Source: Escherichia phage PMBT57. From it: a stretch of DNA of 64,000 bases. The notes under the pieces are model-generated. The model saw nothing but the letters and a program-made list of their open reading frames with translations. It made no database searches and was not told the origin of the DNA. How positions within the stretch are numbered: the stretch's first letter is position 1; each line of letters starts with the position of its first letter. The stretch lies in sequence record MG770228.1; one strand, written 5' to 3'. A program made the translations under genes and the position numbers. Positions 21,347-41,536 of this stretch are shown one piece after another.

Positions 21347-22564
21347 TTATAGGCCGTTCAGCCGAGGTAGTTTCATAAAGTCCTCGTCACTCATTGCAAG
21401 AGGATTAACAAGGACTTCTGTCTTACGCGGTGTAACCCGTGATGGGGATGCCGCTGCTGCCTGTTGAGTATTAGTGATTTCAGACTTAGGAGTTGCAACA
21501 CGAGTTGCTACTGGCTGAACCACTGGTTTAGGTTGTTCAACAGGTTTCTGCTTAATCAAATCATTAAAACCACCATTAGCAGCAAGGTAGTTACCGACTT
21601 GATTATAAGCATCCAGGAATGCTGTACCGATTGGGATTTGGCCTAAGATTTTGAGTCGTTCAATTTCAGAAACAATACGGTCGTAAATACCGTTAGCTTT
21701 CTGTTCAACGATGGTATTAACCAGACCACGGTTTTCCAGCAATGCCTGTTTGCTGTGGTCATCCCACGTAGTCGAAATTAACTGAAGAGTAGCTTGTCCT
21801 TCTGGAGTGGATTTAGCATCTTCCAGTTCGGTTGCAAATGCTGCTTCAGCATCTGACACACGGTGATTACCAGCTTGGTATTTAACTTCCTCTTCCGGAT
21901 TAATATCCAGAACATCAATACCAGATTCTTTAACCAACTTCTTAATAGCATCAGGATTCCCTTTAACTAAATCGATAGCATAAGAGAGTTGCCTTTCATC
22001 TAATAATCCGTTGTTTTCTAACATCAGGAGATACTTACGATACGGCTGAATCTCCTGCATTTTACGGGTATAGTTAGCTCCCATTTGCATCAGGCTAATG
22101 ACCTCTTCAGGACTCTGAGGAGTAATCATTTTGCCGTTAGCTTTAAACGGAGCCATTATCCGTTCATAACCAGCCTTATAGTCGAAGTCAGTTTTCTGGT
22201 CTGATACCTGCTTGTCTTCTTCTACTTTTGCTTGGCCTTGCTCAGTAGTAGAAGATGCATTATCAGTAGCAGGCTTACTGTTGCTGTCAACCTTATTTGG
22301 GTCAACTGTAGCACTATCATTACCAGTTGTGAATGCATCTGAATTGCTTTCTGATTCAGAAGTATTTTCTACTTCAGTTGGTTCAGTAGTTACTTCTGTT
22401 TCATCAGTTTGTTCAACTTCAACAATTGGGTCTGGTTGTGCAGGAGTATTATTTTCTACCGGTTCCGGGTTGTTCTGAATGCTTGTTGGACCAGGCATGT
22501 TCAGAATCTCTTCATCCGACATTTTAAAAATGTCGGAAGCTGTTTTTGCAGCTTCCGTAGTCAT
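21347..22564 (-). CDS. scaffold-like protein, 405 aa
   Basis: Acidic low-complexity N-terminal half; sits between portal and capsid genes. Confidence 0.45.
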   Translation of the reverse strand: MTTEAAKTASDIFKMSDEEILNMPGPTSIQNNPEPVENNTPAQPDPIVEVEQTDETEVTTEPTEVENTSESESNSDAFTTGNDSATVDPNKVDSNSKPATDNASSTTEQGQAKVEEDKQVSDQKTDFDYKAGYERIMAPFKANGKMITPQSPEEVISLMQMGANYTRKMQEIQPYRKYLLMLENNGLLDERQLSYAIDLVKGNPDAIKKLVKESGIDVLDINPEEEVKYQAGNHRVSDAEAAFATELEDAKSTPEGQATLQLISTTWDDHSKQALLENRGLVNTIVEQKANGIYDRIVSEIERLKILGQIPIGTAFLDAYNQVGNYLAANGGFNDLIKQKPVEQPKPVVQPVATRVATPKSEITNTQQAAAASPSRVTPRKTEVLVNPLAMSDEDFMKLPRLNGL

Positions 22565-22589
22565 GGGAGTATCTCCGAGTTAGGATTAA

Positions 22590-22937
22590 TTAAACTTCTT
22601 CAGGTTCACCACGAGCAACATCCAATGCATTCTCAATATCTGATTGGACACCTACCAGTGTTTCTGCTTTCTGAAGAGTAATTTCCAGATAACGTTTTAA
22701 ACAACCAGCAGCTTGAGCCATAGCAAGAGCATCAGCACGTTGACGGTCTTCAAGTAATGGGTCACAGGATTCTTGTACATAACGAGCACAGTCTACAGTA
22801 CAGAATTGCTCAAGAATTACTTTACGGAAAAGGGAATTACCCATCAGCTTACGAACATCTTCTGCATAAGCACGAGCAGCTTTAATACCCTTCAGTTGGT
22901 GTTCCAGTCCTTCAATTTCTTTTTCTTTGCTGTACAT
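22590..22937 (-). CDS. hypothetical protein, 115 aa
   Basis: ORF track. Confidence 0.45.
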   Translation of the reverse strand: MYSKEKEIEGLEHQLKGIKAARAYAEDVRKLMGNSLFRKVILEQFCTVDCARYVQESCDPLLEDRQRADALAMAQAAGCLKRYLEITLQKAETLVGVQSDIENALDVARGEPEEV

Positions 22938-22939
22938 AA

Positions 22940-25782
<2,843 letters not shown>

Positions 25783-26336
25783 TCCATCCTGTAGTGTACT
25801 CAGGCATATTAAGAGATAAATAGTAGTTTAACTGTTTACCATCTAGAGACTTCAAAATGAGCTTACAGGCTTCTACTTTGCCTCGTTTATTCTGAAGGCT
25901 TTTATATGCACTTAGAGTTCCAGAACCGACTTTACCATCAACTTGTATTTTAGGGTAGTCTTTGCCATTTCTGGAGAAAGCATTAAGAGATTCTTGTAAC
26001 CAACGAGATGGTCTTGCAGGTCCAGTATTAACACCAGCATCTACTAGTTTTTCTGTTACCGCTGGTGATACATCTGCAAACTTAACAAAGCCAGGCTTCA
26101 AGATGTAATCGTTGTAATAAATACTTGATGCCATTTCCTGAGTTAAGTTCTTCATTGAACCATCCCAGTTATACATCGACTCTAGTTCTTGCTTATGCTT
26201 TTGAGCAACCTGAATAGTTACACCATGATTAGTTTCACCTCCTGGGTCTTTGGGGTCATTAACGTATCCACCCTCAACAGCAAATACAGCAGCAATGATT
26301 GCTGCAATAACCCCTCCAACACCGCCAACCTTCTTC

Positions 26337-26600
26337 TTACTTATTGCCACACCAATCCTCCTTTGGTTTCAAACGAACCAGTCGGCAAATAATATTCAGC
26401 ACAAAGAGTGCTATAGCAATGTTATTGCCATGTGGAATATCTTTGAGGATATGTTGGGGTAATGCAGAGAAAGAACTGGATAAGACATCCACACAAGAGA
26501 AGAACAATATTGCTAATGTGCTAATCTGAATAGATGCCCATTTCCAACAACGTTTCCAATTAGGAACCATTTCCACATGTTTGGTTAACTTGCGAACCAT
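26337..26600 (-). CDS. holin candidate with two predicted TM segments
   Basis: Internal Met start (MVRKL...) of ORF 26337-26666; sits directly upstream of the endolysin. Confidence 0.4.
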   Translation of the reverse strand: MVRKLTKHVEMVPNWKRCWKWASIQISTLAILFFSCVDVLSSSFSALPQHILKDIPHGNNIAIALFVLNIICRLVRLKPKEDWCGNK

Positions 26601-26917
26601 GCAAAAATCTCCCGTCTGGCAGCAGCCAGTATACCAATAATGATACCCGCTCCAGCCCATACCCATTTACCAAACAATCCAGCACCAACAACTTTGTGTT
26701 TGATGGTAATGAACTCTTCAATAGTAGGGGCAGACTCAGCCAGAGACTTTTCTACATTCTCTAGTCGAGTGTCCATCTTATTAATAGACAGTTGAAGGTT
26801 ACGTACAGCATCATCTAAATCTTGCCGAGATTTAGCATCACGGGCATTATTTTCGAAGAGTGTCTTCATACGTTCCTCCATTCGAGCTAGGAGCACCTCT
26901 ACGGATTCATGACTCAT
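26585..26917 (-). CDS. coiled-coil protein with C-terminal TM anchor (lysis-associated, antiholin candidate)
   Basis: ORF track; C-terminal hydrophobic VVGAGLFGKWVWAGAGIIIGILAAA. Confidence 0.45.
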   Translation of the reverse strand: MSHESVEVLLARMEERMKTLFENNARDAKSRQDLDDAVRNLQLSINKMDTRLENVEKSLAESAPTIEEFITIKHKVVGAGLFGKWVWAGAGIIIGILAAARREIFAWFAS

Positions 26918-27020
26918 GCTAAATCCTTATTGAAAAAGCCGGGGATACCCGGCTCTGTTAGTCCTAATGAACAGAGAGTGTGTTTATACACCCGTCAAAT
27001 AGTACCGATATTTACTAGTA

Positions 27021-28277
<1,257 letters not shown>

Positions 28278-28306
28278 TTAATACCCCCATTGCTGGGGGT
28301 TCCTTG

Positions 28307-34880
<6,574 letters not shown>

Positions 34881-36515
34881 TCACACGATATATGAAGAGA
34901 GTGGGTTAACACTTCCAGTATCATCACCATCATCCCACAATGGGTCACCTGATGTATTAACTGGAACCATACCTGCTTGTGGTTTCCACGGGTTCAGGTA
35001 GCCAAGCATTGAAATGGTATCAATACAGTCATCCTTACCTTTAAGACCATTGATAGTGGCTAAACGAATTTGCCCCATAAAGAGTGTCATGATTGGGCTA
35101 TCTTTCATCTCAGCAGGAAAATACATCTTACCAGCTTTGAACCAGGGAACCACGAGGTTAAACCTTGATAGCTTACTGGTTACAGGATGAATACCCGGTT
35201 GGCCTCCACGACTGGATGCAAAGTTAAAGAACACATTACGGTTAAGCATTTCCTTCTGAAGAAGAGAAATAAAACCACCTTGCTGTCCGGTAGTTTCTAC
35301 ACCAACTTGTTGTGGTTGGTATTCCTGAACCAGACGGAATAAGTCATCAAAGTTCTTATCCATAGTTTGACGGCAAGCAATACCATCTACCCAGAACCAG
35401 TCACCGTTAGAACCATATGCCCATACTGATATTACAGAGTAATCAGATACCTGCTTCTCGCTGGTAGCAAAGTCAGTGGTGATATAGAAGTTATAACAAG
35501 AACGTAGACGTAATAGCTGCGTACGGGAATACCATTTAATCTCTGAATCTTGAATCAGACGTTCATCTTCAGAGCTGATACGTAACATCAATTCCTGATA
35601 AAAGGATGCCAGCTTACCTGTCTTCAATGCCATCTGGTATTGGTCATTGATGTAGTCATAGGAGAAACGGTCTTCCCAAGCACCTTGAAATTCTTCTCGC
35701 GTACATGGGAATTTCTCACATACAGGCCATACGTTGACATCCCAAGCACCAGATTCAACTGCTTCAATAAGAATGTCTTCCTTATTAAAGGGAGTACCAT
35801 TAAATATTACCTTGCGTCTTGTTGGGTCAAGAGCATGGTTCACGCCCTTATATACCGTGTCTTTAATGGCCTCCATTGATGTACGTGAGCGAGCATCATC
35901 ATCGCTAACTAAGTCATCCAGTACACAAAGAACGGGACGTTTACCAAAAATCTTAGTACCACGAAGACCTGTCTTAGCACCGAACATCTTCACACCAAGA
36001 CGGTGACCTTCAGCATTTACAAACTCAAGGTAGTTATCTGTGAAGGTAGCTTTAGGAATCCATTGTTGCAGGAATGGTGAATTGTTGTATCGAAACTCAA
36101 TGTTCTTACGGGCAGACTTAACACCGTTATCCATAGAGTCAGATACATAAATCATTCCTTCTACTTTACCCAAGCTAGGTAGATGCCCAAACACTGCTAA
36201 GAACAAAGTAAAGTATTCCATGAACAGAGTTGTCTTTGCTGCACCACGGAAACATAAGTTAGCAATGTACTGATTCCTACTGGTTATCTTATCCAGCATC
36301 TTTAAGTGAACAGGAGGGGTTTTGTTTGATTCCCCCTCCTTACCATTAACCAGCTTAATAAAGTTAGCAAAGGTCAGTGCAAACTCGGTTGGTATATACG
36401 TAGGGGTATTCAGAACGGAATAGTCCACTTGGTCTAGCCATTCATCCAACTCCTGTTTAATTAGTTCAGACATCAATAATATCCTCGTCTTCTCGAACCA
36501 GTGTGGAACCTGCAA
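34881..36515 (-). CDS. terminase large subunit
   Basis: 544 aa; Walker A-like RGAAKTT near N-terminus; position at end of structural block. Confidence 0.65.
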   Translation of the reverse strand: MQVPHWFEKTRILLMSELIKQELDEWLDQVDYSVLNTPTYIPTEFALTFANFIKLVNGKEGESNKTPPVHLKMLDKITSRNQYIANLCFRGAAKTTLFMEYFTLFLAVFGHLPSLGKVEGMIYVSDSMDNGVKSARKNIEFRYNNSPFLQQWIPKATFTDNYLEFVNAEGHRLGVKMFGAKTGLRGTKIFGKRPVLCVLDDLVSDDDARSRTSMEAIKDTVYKGVNHALDPTRRKVIFNGTPFNKEDILIEAVESGAWDVNVWPVCEKFPCTREEFQGAWEDRFSYDYINDQYQMALKTGKLASFYQELMLRISSEDERLIQDSEIKWYSRTQLLRLRSCYNFYITTDFATSEKQVSDYSVISVWAYGSNGDWFWVDGIACRQTMDKNFDDLFRLVQEYQPQQVGVETTGQQGGFISLLQKEMLNRNVFFNFASSRGGQPGIHPVTSKLSRFNLVVPWFKAGKMYFPAEMKDSPIMTLFMGQIRLATINGLKGKDDCIDTISMLGYLNPWKPQAGMVPVNTSGDPLWDDGDDTGSVNPLSSYIV

Positions 36516-37158
36516 TTACTTTAGTAGGTGTACCAGCTTCAATAGCTGCTTTCTGAGCTTCAGCCAACTGGGTTAGTGTGTTCTTGAGTTCAGTCAATCC
36601 AGAGTTTTCTCTCAAATCCAGATTGATATTAGTAACAGCATCCTTCGGTTTCTGGAGGTGAGTAAGGATAGAGTTGGCAGCATCACACTGTACCTTCTCA
36701 CTGGTAGCATTCTTCATGAGCCATGCCTGATGGTTCAATGCTTCCTGAAACAAATCCTGATTAACAATCCATACTGGAATCAGTGATTGTTCCATAATGA
36801 GGTTTACTAACTTACCTCTATGGTAAGCAGATACATAAGCAGAGATGTCCTTCTCACTGGTTCCCCTTGCTACTAATTCAGCTTGTCTGTTGGGGAATGT
36901 TTTGAAGTAAGCATCTTTGTTGCTATACCCCATGTGTTTGTAAGTAACATATTGAACAGCATTAAGATAATCCTGGGTCTTAAACTTCCCATCCTTCATC
37001 ACCCCAGCATAAGTCACAAAGTTATTTCTAATTTGCTCTGCTGCTGTCTGGTCTTGGGTCACATTGTTAATCATGTTTACCAGTTGGTCAGTAACACTGC
37101 TTTTAAACTGGGGAGGCAATGCAGAAACAATGTCTTTCTTCGTCAGTAGTGTGCTCAT
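36466..37158 (-). CDS. putative terminase small subunit / packaging protein
   Basis: First gene of the late operon, overlaps the terminase large-subunit start by 50 nt. Confidence 0.4.
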   Translation of the reverse strand: MSTLLTKKDIVSALPPQFKSSVTDQLVNMINNVTQDQTAAEQIRNNFVTYAGVMKDGKFKTQDYLNAVQYVTYKHMGYSNKDAYFKTFPNRQAELVARGTSEKDISAYVSAYHRGKLVNLIMEQSLIPVWIVNQDLFQEALNHQAWLMKNATSEKVQCDAANSILTHLQKPKDAVTNINLDLRENSGLTELKNTLTQLAEAQKAAIEAGTPTKVIAGSTLVREDEDIIDV

Positions 37159-37285
37159 AGTCTTCCTACAAATTATCTAGAGTGAAGAGGATTCTTTTCT
37201 TGGGGTTAGCACCCCTTGCAGAAACCTATACATAGATTTAGACTTTAGACTTTCTTTAGTCTCCTTACAATAGTAAGACAGAGAC

Positions 37286-37627
37286 ATGGGGAGCCTATTG
37301 CCCAAAGGAACCAGTAACATGAGACTATTCTATAGTTTTGACGGTAATGACCAATGGAATGAGATAGACTTCAGTAAAATAGGTGGAGCTATCCCAGTTG
37401 GAGGGGCTATACCAGGTGACCATATCTTATGTCACGATGAGGAGTCTTTCCATTACATCTCCGGTATGATGTTAATCAATAACGTCACTGGGTTTACTGT
37501 CCATAAACCTGCACCAGTACGTGTCATTACCAAGCCTATTGAGGGTCTTGCATTCTTTACAAGAATACCTCAAAGTATCTCTATCAAACGACAGCGTGAC
37601 GCCATCGAGATGACCGTGGTTGCTTGA
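37286..37627 (+). CDS. hypothetical ORF in the terminus region
   Basis: ORF track only; overlapped by two antisense ORFs; a plus-strand terminator follows. Confidence 0.25.
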   Translation: MGSLLPKGTSNMRLFYSFDGNDQWNEIDFSKIGGAIPVGGAIPGDHILCHDEESFHYISGMMLINNVTGFTVHKPAPVRVITKPIEGLAFFTRIPQSISIKRQRDAIEMTVVA

Positions 37628-37790
37628 TAAGCCATTGCCCGCCCAGGAGTTGGTGGCGGGAAACAGGGAACTGTTTGAATAACCACTCCAGCTACATTCA
37701 CCCATCTCCAAGACACCTTTGTTATCTGCCATTGGGTGATGAGTAGTATCAGAGAGAACTGATTTAACAAACACACTCGGTATAGGAATT

Positions 37791-37818
37791 GGGAGCCATT
37801 TGGCTCCCTTTTTCTTTT
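37791..37818 (+). terminator. intrinsic terminator-like hairpin
   Basis: 7-bp stem gggagcc/ggctccc, loop attt, then TTTTTCTTTT. Confidence 0.55.
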
Positions 37819-37837
37819 ATGAACCAAGGAGTTCTAT

Positions 37838-38203
37838 ATGAACATTCGTCCTAATGAAGTTTATGGTATCAACCTAGAATACACTACAAACAAACCTGCT
37901 CTATTTCACTGCGGTTCCACCAATCTATTCCATGCTATGTGTGGTAATACCAAACCTCTTTACTTACCCGAATCGGATGATACCCATGCCCTACTAGGTA
38001 ACTGGTTCTTAGAAGGTAAAGACATTAGTACCATTCTTCTCGAACCAAGGAAGAAAGTAGCAATACCTACTAATGCATGGAATAACGAAGTCATTTACTT
38101 CCTAGCACCAGAAGGCTTTGAACCAGTGATAGAACAGAATCACTTTAATCATGCAGTTACTTTCTACTTCAGAGAGACTTCAAAGTTATCTGCTTATAAA
38201 TAA
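37838..38203 (+). CDS. early hypothetical protein, 121 aa
   Basis: ORF track; RBS aaggag 7 nt upstream of ATG. Confidence 0.6.
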   Translation: MNIRPNEVYGINLEYTTNKPALFHCGSTNLFHAMCGNTKPLYLPESDDTHALLGNWFLEGKDISTILLEPRKKVAIPTNAWNNEVIYFLAPEGFEPVIEQNHFNHAVTFYFRETSKLSAYK

Positions 38204-38212
38204 GGAAAGCTA

Positions 38213-38340
38213 TGTGGTATATAACAGTTAAAGGTTTATCCGAACCAGTGATGATAGATAGCCTGGCATTCGTAGAAGTAGGTCATCCTATTCTTATAGA
38301 AGGTAAGTTGTATGAAGTTGTTAGTATTTATAAGAGATAA
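38213..38340 (+). CDS. small early ORF, 42 aa
   Basis: ATG with RBS aaggaa immediately after previous stop; below ORF-track size cutoff. Confidence 0.3.
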
Positions 38341-38506
38341 ATAGGAAGTCTATTAGATAGATACCTTATAATTTTTTCTTAGTGAAAATAGTCATAGTTA
38401 CTTATGAGTTCAGTATTTGGTGGGGCTACACCCCTTACACCATAAGCACCCCCCCCCTGTCTTTACTAGTGTAGCCTTAGCCTACCCCACCTTGTACACG
38501 TTACAC

Positions 38507-38519
38507 GTTGCTTCGCAAC
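38507..38519 (+). promoter_or_regulatory. 5-bp stem / 3-nt loop hairpin, candidate vRNAP-type promoter
   Basis: gttgc-ttc-gcaac; template strand gives loop GAA with central purine; about 50 nt upstream of ATG 38571. Confidence 0.35.
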
Positions 38520-38570
38520 TTATGGACATGTTGTCCGTATCTTATCAATCAACTATTGGAGACTAATACT

Positions 38571-38897
38571 ATGACTACTCAGGCTAACGTTCGTATGACT
38601 GTAGGAACTCTGTTGGGTACTGTTAACGAAGCAGCAACTACTGTAGCTGATACATTCGGTACTGCTACTAAAGCAGTAGGTATGCTTAATCGTTATGTAA
38701 CTAAACAAGCAGATAAACAAATCATTCGTGACAAATTAGAAATGCATGAGTTTACCAATAAACTTATTGAAGAAACTGCAATGCAAGAAGCTATTCGTCA
38801 GAAACAAATCTTAGACTTCTGCAAAGATGAACAAAACAAAGAATTGTTCTCTAATGCCTATGACCGTCTTAGCAAAATCTTAGCAGACTCTAAATAA
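38571..38897 (+). CDS. early hypothetical protein, 108 aa
   Basis: ATG with RBS ggagac; ORF track frame opens at 38508. Confidence 0.55.
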   Translation: MTTQANVRMTVGTLLGTVNEAATTVADTFGTATKAVGMLNRYVTKQADKQIIRDKLEMHEFTNKLIEETAMQEAIRQKQILDFCKDEQNKELFSNAYDRLSKILADSK

Positions 38898-38909
38898 CAA
38901 CAAACAAAT

Positions 38910-38933
38910 GGAGGCTCCTCGGAGTCTCCTTTT
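38910..38933 (+). terminator. intrinsic terminator
   Basis: Stem ggaggct/agtctcc (one G-U) followed by TTTTAC. Confidence 0.5.
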
Positions 38934-38973
38934 ACATAGAACCGATAGTTCAATAACTATCTACTTTAAAGAT

Positions 38974-38990
38974 AAGAAGCTCCGCTTCTT
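38974..38990 (+). promoter_or_regulatory. 7-bp stem / 3-nt loop hairpin, N4 vRNAP early-promoter-like
   Basis: aagaagc-tcc-gcttctt; template strand reads AAGAAGC-GGA-GCTTCTT, matching the N4 P2 promoter hairpin as I recall it. Confidence 0.5.
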
Positions 38991-39100
38991 TTGGATGAAG
39001 TAATGCATCCAATCCTGTATGAAATCTTAACCTTTTGTCTGGGATTACTTACCGACAAAGTAGTCTCAACTAATCAAAATCAACTATCTGGAGAGTACAA

Positions 39101-39488
39101 AATGGCTATCACTACTTTTGCTAAAACCTTTGGTCAGACTTCTACTAAAACTGAATCCAACAATGGTTCTCGCCCGAAAGCTCAGTTCTGGATTAACGTT
39201 GGCTACGTAGCTAATGAAGGCACTGAAGATGAACGTTTCATCTCTCTGCCTACTGGTATTCCACTGGATACTCAGGAGCATCTGCCAACCAATTCCTCTA
39301 ACGAAGACTTCCGTGCAATGCGTTGTGCACAGAACGATTTGTTAGACCAACTGATGGAATTTGCTAAGACTCTGGAACCGGGTCAAGAAGGAGTTATCTC
39401 CTTGCAAGTTCAACTTCGTCGAGTTAAAGAAGAAGCTCCTGCTATCTCAGCAAGTGAGAATAAATATGCTCGTAAACTGACTTTCTAA
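39101..39488 (+). CDS. early hypothetical protein, 129 aa
   Basis: ATG with RBS ggagag; ORF track frame opens at 38991. Confidence 0.55.
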
Positions 39489-39496
39489 TCTCTATA

Positions 39497-39521
39497 GGAC
39501 TACCTTCGGGTAGTCCTTTTT
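39497..39521 (+). terminator. intrinsic terminator
   Basis: 8-bp stem ggactacc/ggtagtcc, ttcg tetraloop, TTTTT. Confidence 0.7.
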
Positions 39522-39588
39522 AATTTTAACTATCTAAATACTAAAGTAGAGATTTTGACCCTTTTCGACGAAGGGATACTAAAAAGTA

Positions 39589-39945
39589 ATGGATAGTTTG
39601 AGCAGATGTTTTAGAAGAAGGAGTATACAGATGCATCCTCTTATAAAACGATTCCTGATGGACTATCAGGAGTGGTTAGATAATGGAGCCAGTGAACCTC
39701 ATTACCTGTTTGATAGGGGTAGTGGACTGTGTGTTCAACTAGGCAAGTATCTTAGAAGACAGCCAATCAGTGAAGAAACAGTAGATGCTCTGTGTAAGAG
39801 CTTTACTCATTTACTTCCTGATAATGATACCAATCTACCATTCAATGTAGATGTTCTCGACTACATGATGGAATGTTCTGATGGAAGATGTCATCTGAAC
39901 CAAAGTCGAATTAATTGGATTAAGAGTCAGTTGGAGAGTAAGTAA
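39589..39945 (+). CDS. early hypothetical protein; likely true start at ATG 39631
   Basis: ORF track; RBS aaggag before the internal ATG. Confidence 0.55.
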   Translation: MDSLSRCFRRRSIQMHPLIKRFLMDYQEWLDNGASEPHYLFDRGSGLCVQLGKYLRRQPISEETVDALCKSFTHLLPDNDTNLPFNVDVLDYMMECSDGRCHLNQSRINWIKSQLESK

Positions 39946-39948
39946 ATT

Positions 39949-40386
39949 ATGTCATATGAAATTGTAAAACATTGGACTTCTAAGGCTGGGCTGAAAGCTT
40001 GGGTATTGCTGGTAAATGGTGGTAGTCATCATTGTGGTTACGTAGAAATACCTGAAGCATTACTGGATAAAAACTTCTATGACTATATCTGTGATGATGA
40101 AGAAACACTTCATATTGCAGTACATGGTGGAGTTACCTATCAAGGTGTTCCTCAGTGGGCTGATGGGATTAAAGTCATAGGTTATGACTGTGCTCATGCA
40201 GGGGATAAACTGAAATGTCCTAAACAATTCATTGGCTCTCTTAGGGAGAGACTCTATGAGGATTCTTATGGAGTATGGCGAGATGAAGAATACTGCATCA
40301 ATGAATGTGAAAGCATGGCAGACCAGTTAATTAACCTGATACCAAAATTAGGGTTTAACGATGAAATTCAGAACAGTAATGGTTAA
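39949..40386 (+). CDS. early hypothetical protein, 145 aa
   Basis: ORF track. Confidence 0.55.
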   Translation: MSYEIVKHWTSKAGLKAWVLLVNGGSHHCGYVEIPEALLDKNFYDYICDDEETLHIAVHGGVTYQGVPQWADGIKVIGYDCAHAGDKLKCPKQFIGSLRERLYEDSYGVWRDEEYCINECESMADQLINLIPKLGFNDEIQNSNG

Positions 40387-40558
40387 TGCTCTTGATACCA
40401 GGGGTAATGAAATCATTAGCTATAAAGTGCAAGGCTTTAAATGGTTCAAATGGAAAACATTAACTAGCTTTAAAGAATTTGAGAAAGATAAAGCTATTAA
40501 GTTAACCAAGAAGTTGAACCAACGTAAGAAGATTAAATTAGTTACTGTAATTAAATAA
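40361..40558 (+). CDS. small basic hypothetical protein, 65 aa
   Basis: ORF track; overlaps upstream gene by 26 nt. Confidence 0.4.
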   Translation: MKFRTVMVNALDTRGNEIISYKVQGFKWFKWKTLTSFKEFEKDKAIKLTKKLNQRKKIKLVTVIK

Positions 40559-40568
40559 GGATAAGGCA

Positions 40569-40727
40569 ATGCGTAAATCACTAATCATGGGAACCAAAGA
40601 AGACGTTGCTAAGATGAAAGCTAAACGTCAGATGAATAAAGCAGTAACGTTTGCAGAACGTTATAGTACGTCTGAACCAGTACGTCGTATTGTTACTTTC
40701 AACCATCCAGCTATTAAGGGTATGTAA
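40569..40727 (+). CDS. small ORF, 52 aa
   Basis: ATG 10 nt after previous stop; stop overlaps next start; below ORF-track cutoff. Confidence 0.35.
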   Translation: MRKSLIMGTKEDVAKMKAKRQMNKAVTFAERYSTSEPVRRIVTFNHPAIKGM

Positions 40728-40936
40728 TGCAAACTAAAGATAAGAAAGACTTAGAACGTCTTCTCCGTGTATATGGTGATTATGCATTGTTAGCAGAGAT
40801 AACTAATATTATCGAAGAAGACTGTCGTAACGGTTATGCCAATAACCCACAAGCAATAATTCATCGTGATGCAGTAGTGCTTAGAGAAGCAGTCAGTAAG
40901 ATGCAAGTATTACATCCATTAAGACAACGAGCATAA
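40727..40936 (+). CDS. hypothetical protein, 69 aa
   Basis: ORF track. Confidence 0.5.
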   Translation: MQTKDKKDLERLLRVYGDYALLAEITNIIEEDCRNGYANNPQAIIHRDAVVLREAVSKMQVLHPLRQRA

Positions 40937-41009
40937 ATAGGAGGGGGCTACTAAGCCCTCTTCTTATTTTTATCGTGGTTATTAAGCAACTATCTTAGAG
41001 GAAGGAATA

Positions 41010-41225
41010 ATGGAACAGTTAAACTACGGTTATAAGATTAAACGCAATCAAGTAAGAGGTTCTTGGTTATTTCTCGTTTATGGTAAACCAATCTATGAAT
41101 TACATCGTGGAGAGAAATCCAAGACCTATTACGTAACTCATATTGCTACAGGAAAAACTCCTGCATGTGCAGGATTGCTTCGTGATGCAATTATGAAAGC
41201 ATGTATGTTAGAAGGACTTCTATGA
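41010..41225 (+). CDS. hypothetical protein, 71 aa
   Basis: ORF track; RBS ggaagg. Confidence 0.5.
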   Translation: MEQLNYGYKIKRNQVRGSWLFLVYGKPIYELHRGEKSKTYYVTHIATGKTPACAGLLRDAIMKACMLEGLL

Positions 41226-41536
41226 ACCAAATCATTGCTATCCCGCAGCATAAAGCTCGTATTGCTGACAGGAATATTCGTATTCATTATCCAATGCCTT
41301 TGAGTAATCCATTTCAGAAAAATGAGAGAACCACGGATGAAGATATAGCAGCAGCTTATGAGGCATATCTTCGTAACCGTTTGGTAAGTGGTGACAAGCT
41401 CATTACGGCTGAAATGGAACGAATTGCTAAATTCGTTATGGATACTACTGACAAACCAGTTGGCCTCATCGGTAATGAACTGGAAGTGAATGTAATCCGT
41501 AAGATTATTATGGAGGCTCTTAATGGGAATCAGTGA
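41222..41536 (+). CDS. hypothetical protein with partial DUF4326-like N-terminal motif
   Basis: LSNPF and AAYEAYLRNRL motifs resemble the N-terminal half of DUF4326; lacks the Cys/His cluster. Confidence 0.45.
   Translation: MNQIIAIPQHKARIADRNIRIHYPMPLSNPFQKNERTTDEDIAAAYEAYLRNRLVSGDKLITAEMERIAKFVMDTTDKPVGLIGNELEVNVIRKIIMEALNGNQ

Noticed and set aside
37159-37300. Sigma70-type late promoter upstream of the first late gene
   Set aside because: A -10-like tagataat is present on the minus strand, but no convincing -35 element at proper spacing; too weak to annotate.
38910-38933. Hairpin ggaggctcc...ggagtctcc as a vRNAP promoter
   Set aside because: Loop is longer than 3 nt and it is followed by a T-run directly after a stop codon; more consistent with an intrinsic terminator.
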